DNA from: Oikopleura dioica
Lineage: Eukaryota; Animalia; Chordata
Assembly (NCBI GenBank): GCA_907165135.1
Contig: OU015566.1
Location: 7,316,001-7,380,000, forward strand
Length of the DNA: 64,000 nucleotides
Direction: 5' to 3'
Shown here: positions 62,390 to 64,000 of the stretch, one piece after another
How positions within the stretch are numbered: the stretch's first letter is position 1
Layout of the letters: each line of letters begins with the position of its first letter
The notes under the pieces: model-generated
What the model was told of the DNA's origin: nothing
The model's database searches: none
The model's input: the letters and a program-made list of their open reading frames with translations, nothing else
Position numbers and translations under genes: made by a program

Positions 62390-64000
62390 TCAGTTCACCA
62401 AGCGTTGCTTTAGCGAGAAGAGCAGGCCTGTCCACCAATCATTCCTGAAAGAATATTGATTGGGAAAGTGTTTTCAGAAAGATGAGAACCTGTAACATTG
62501 GTGCTTTTTTATTAAATCTTCGATCGCATATTGAGTTTCCATTCGAATTTCATCAACTGTTTTTCCAATCGTTTCTTGTAATAAAAGAATTAATGAAACC
62601 GGCAGAAAATGATAGCTTAAACAGGTTTTTTTTAAGACTGCTCCTCAACTGTGGAGCGGTTTTGAGTATCTTAGAGTCCAGATATTTTAATTATCTCTTT
62701 TGCAACAAGTAGGGGAGGGTCCATAGTGTGTTAAATAAGCTTTTGGTGTCCTCATCTGAATCGGTGGTGGAGCAATGACGTCAGCATTCCGAAATTCTGG
62801 CTCTTTTATAGACGGCAACCAAAAATCGAAAAATGGTAAAAAGCGATAGACTTTTGTTCTAATCGAGCAGATGTCTTCCGCATATGGGTAAAAAGTATTT
62901 TTGATTATTTTTGGTGTTAGCACCAATGTTGGTGGTGGAGAAATGAGGTCATCGTCAATTTTTTCCTATGATTTAAGTGTATTTTTGACTATCTGGTTAC
63001 TCCACCACCACTGATGGTGCTGACACCAAATCCTTATTTAACACACTACAGACCTTTTTGAACAAGGTCCAAAAGAGAGAATCAAAATATCTTGACTTTA
63101 AGGTACTCAAAACCGCTCCACAGTTGAGGAGCAGTCTTAAAAAAAACCTGTTTTACCGATTGGATCGCCGATGTAAGTCTTCAGCTTGACCGGAAAGCCG
63201 CCGAATAAAAGAGAAATAGGAAGTCTTGTGTACTCATAGAGCCTTCGCATTGTTGCACCTTTGAATCTGTCGGGGAAGTCGAACGCTTGGCGAACGTTTT
63301 CAGTAAACATGGGGACTATTGGTACTTGAGCTGCTGAAGCGCATTTGGCAAATCCATCACGTTTTCCCTTCAAAAGATTTTAGGAAAACTGCTTCAATTT
63401 CTGTTCATTACCCAAATTTGCTGGTAGTGTTTTGAATGGAGCGCTTCTCGAACGCCACCAGGAGACACAATGACGATTTCCCCATCGCTGAGGAGCTCTT
63501 CCAGACGGCTTCGAGGACCGTAAGTAGCTCCGAACGCGTCTAACAAGAGTCGAAAGCCTGGTAGCTTGAACATGAAGTGGTCAACGACGGGGCGAAGAGC
63601 GATGGAATGGTTGACATGCGACCAGGAGTTGAGGTAGTAAACGTCGATTGGTAATGCGCCGTGGTAGTAGACAATCAGCAGCCCCTGAGATAAAAATAAG
63701 TTGAGTAAAATAGAGTTTGACACTTAGGGGTTTTTTTACTCTCTAGGACTGCATGGAGCGAACTTCCCTAGTAAAACGATTACGGACGAAAATACCTTGT
63801 TTTGTTGCTGAAGCTTGATTATATTTTCAAAGCCGATGACTTCATAAGAATGCCAGAGGCGAGCGTGAACCGACCAGCAGTAACAAATGACATTGACGAA
63901 CTTTCGAAGCGGGGTATCATCCCTTCGGACGACGTTGAGAAGCTGGCCCCGATGCCAGCGGTAAAGATGAAGAGCAAGAACGGATAAATAAATGTAGATG
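62390..64000 (-). CDS. TMEM68: TMEM68/DIESL-like acyltransferase (5' partial)
   Basis: HSYEVIGFE, LIVYYHGALPID, VSPGGVREAL, GFAKCASAAQVPIVPMFTENVRQ, FPVKLKTYIGDPI. Confidence 0.85.
62620..63152. mobile_element. PIF/Harbinger-like MITE in a TMEM68 intron
   Basis: ~70 bp TIR AACAGGTTTTTTTTAAGACTGCTCCTCAACTGTGGAGCGG; TSD TTA (62617-62619, 63153-63155); 4 nt from the splice donor. Confidence 0.85.

Overview
Compact, AT-rich eukaryotic genomic DNA with many 35-60 bp introns, co-oriented gene runs and non-GT splice donors. This is most consistent with the larvacean tunicate Oikopleura (inferred from architecture, not from a search). Recognisable genes: SNRPD3, ZMYND10, PIGP, an ADAM protease, PSMD8, two tandem ZP-domain genes, an astacin protease plus a decayed 5' duplicate of it, SLC44 choline transporter-like, a KASH5/LRMP-like tail-anchored coiled-coil protein, a nicotinic receptor alpha subunit, an E2 variant lacking its catalytic Cys, SMC4 and TMEM68. 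Mobile DNA is dense: one Gag-protease-only LTR element with identical LTRs and about ten MITE/foldback elements (hAT-like with 7-8 bp TSDs, PIF/Harbinger-like with TAA/TTA TSDs). The best lead is two MITEs inside coding exons of otherwise open genes (astacin; E2 variant). In both, splice sites at the insertion junctions could remove the element in frame, i.e. candidate transposon-to-intron conversions. Gene content at 1-7.6 kb could not be resolved. Exon boundaries were read by hand and are approximate where stated.
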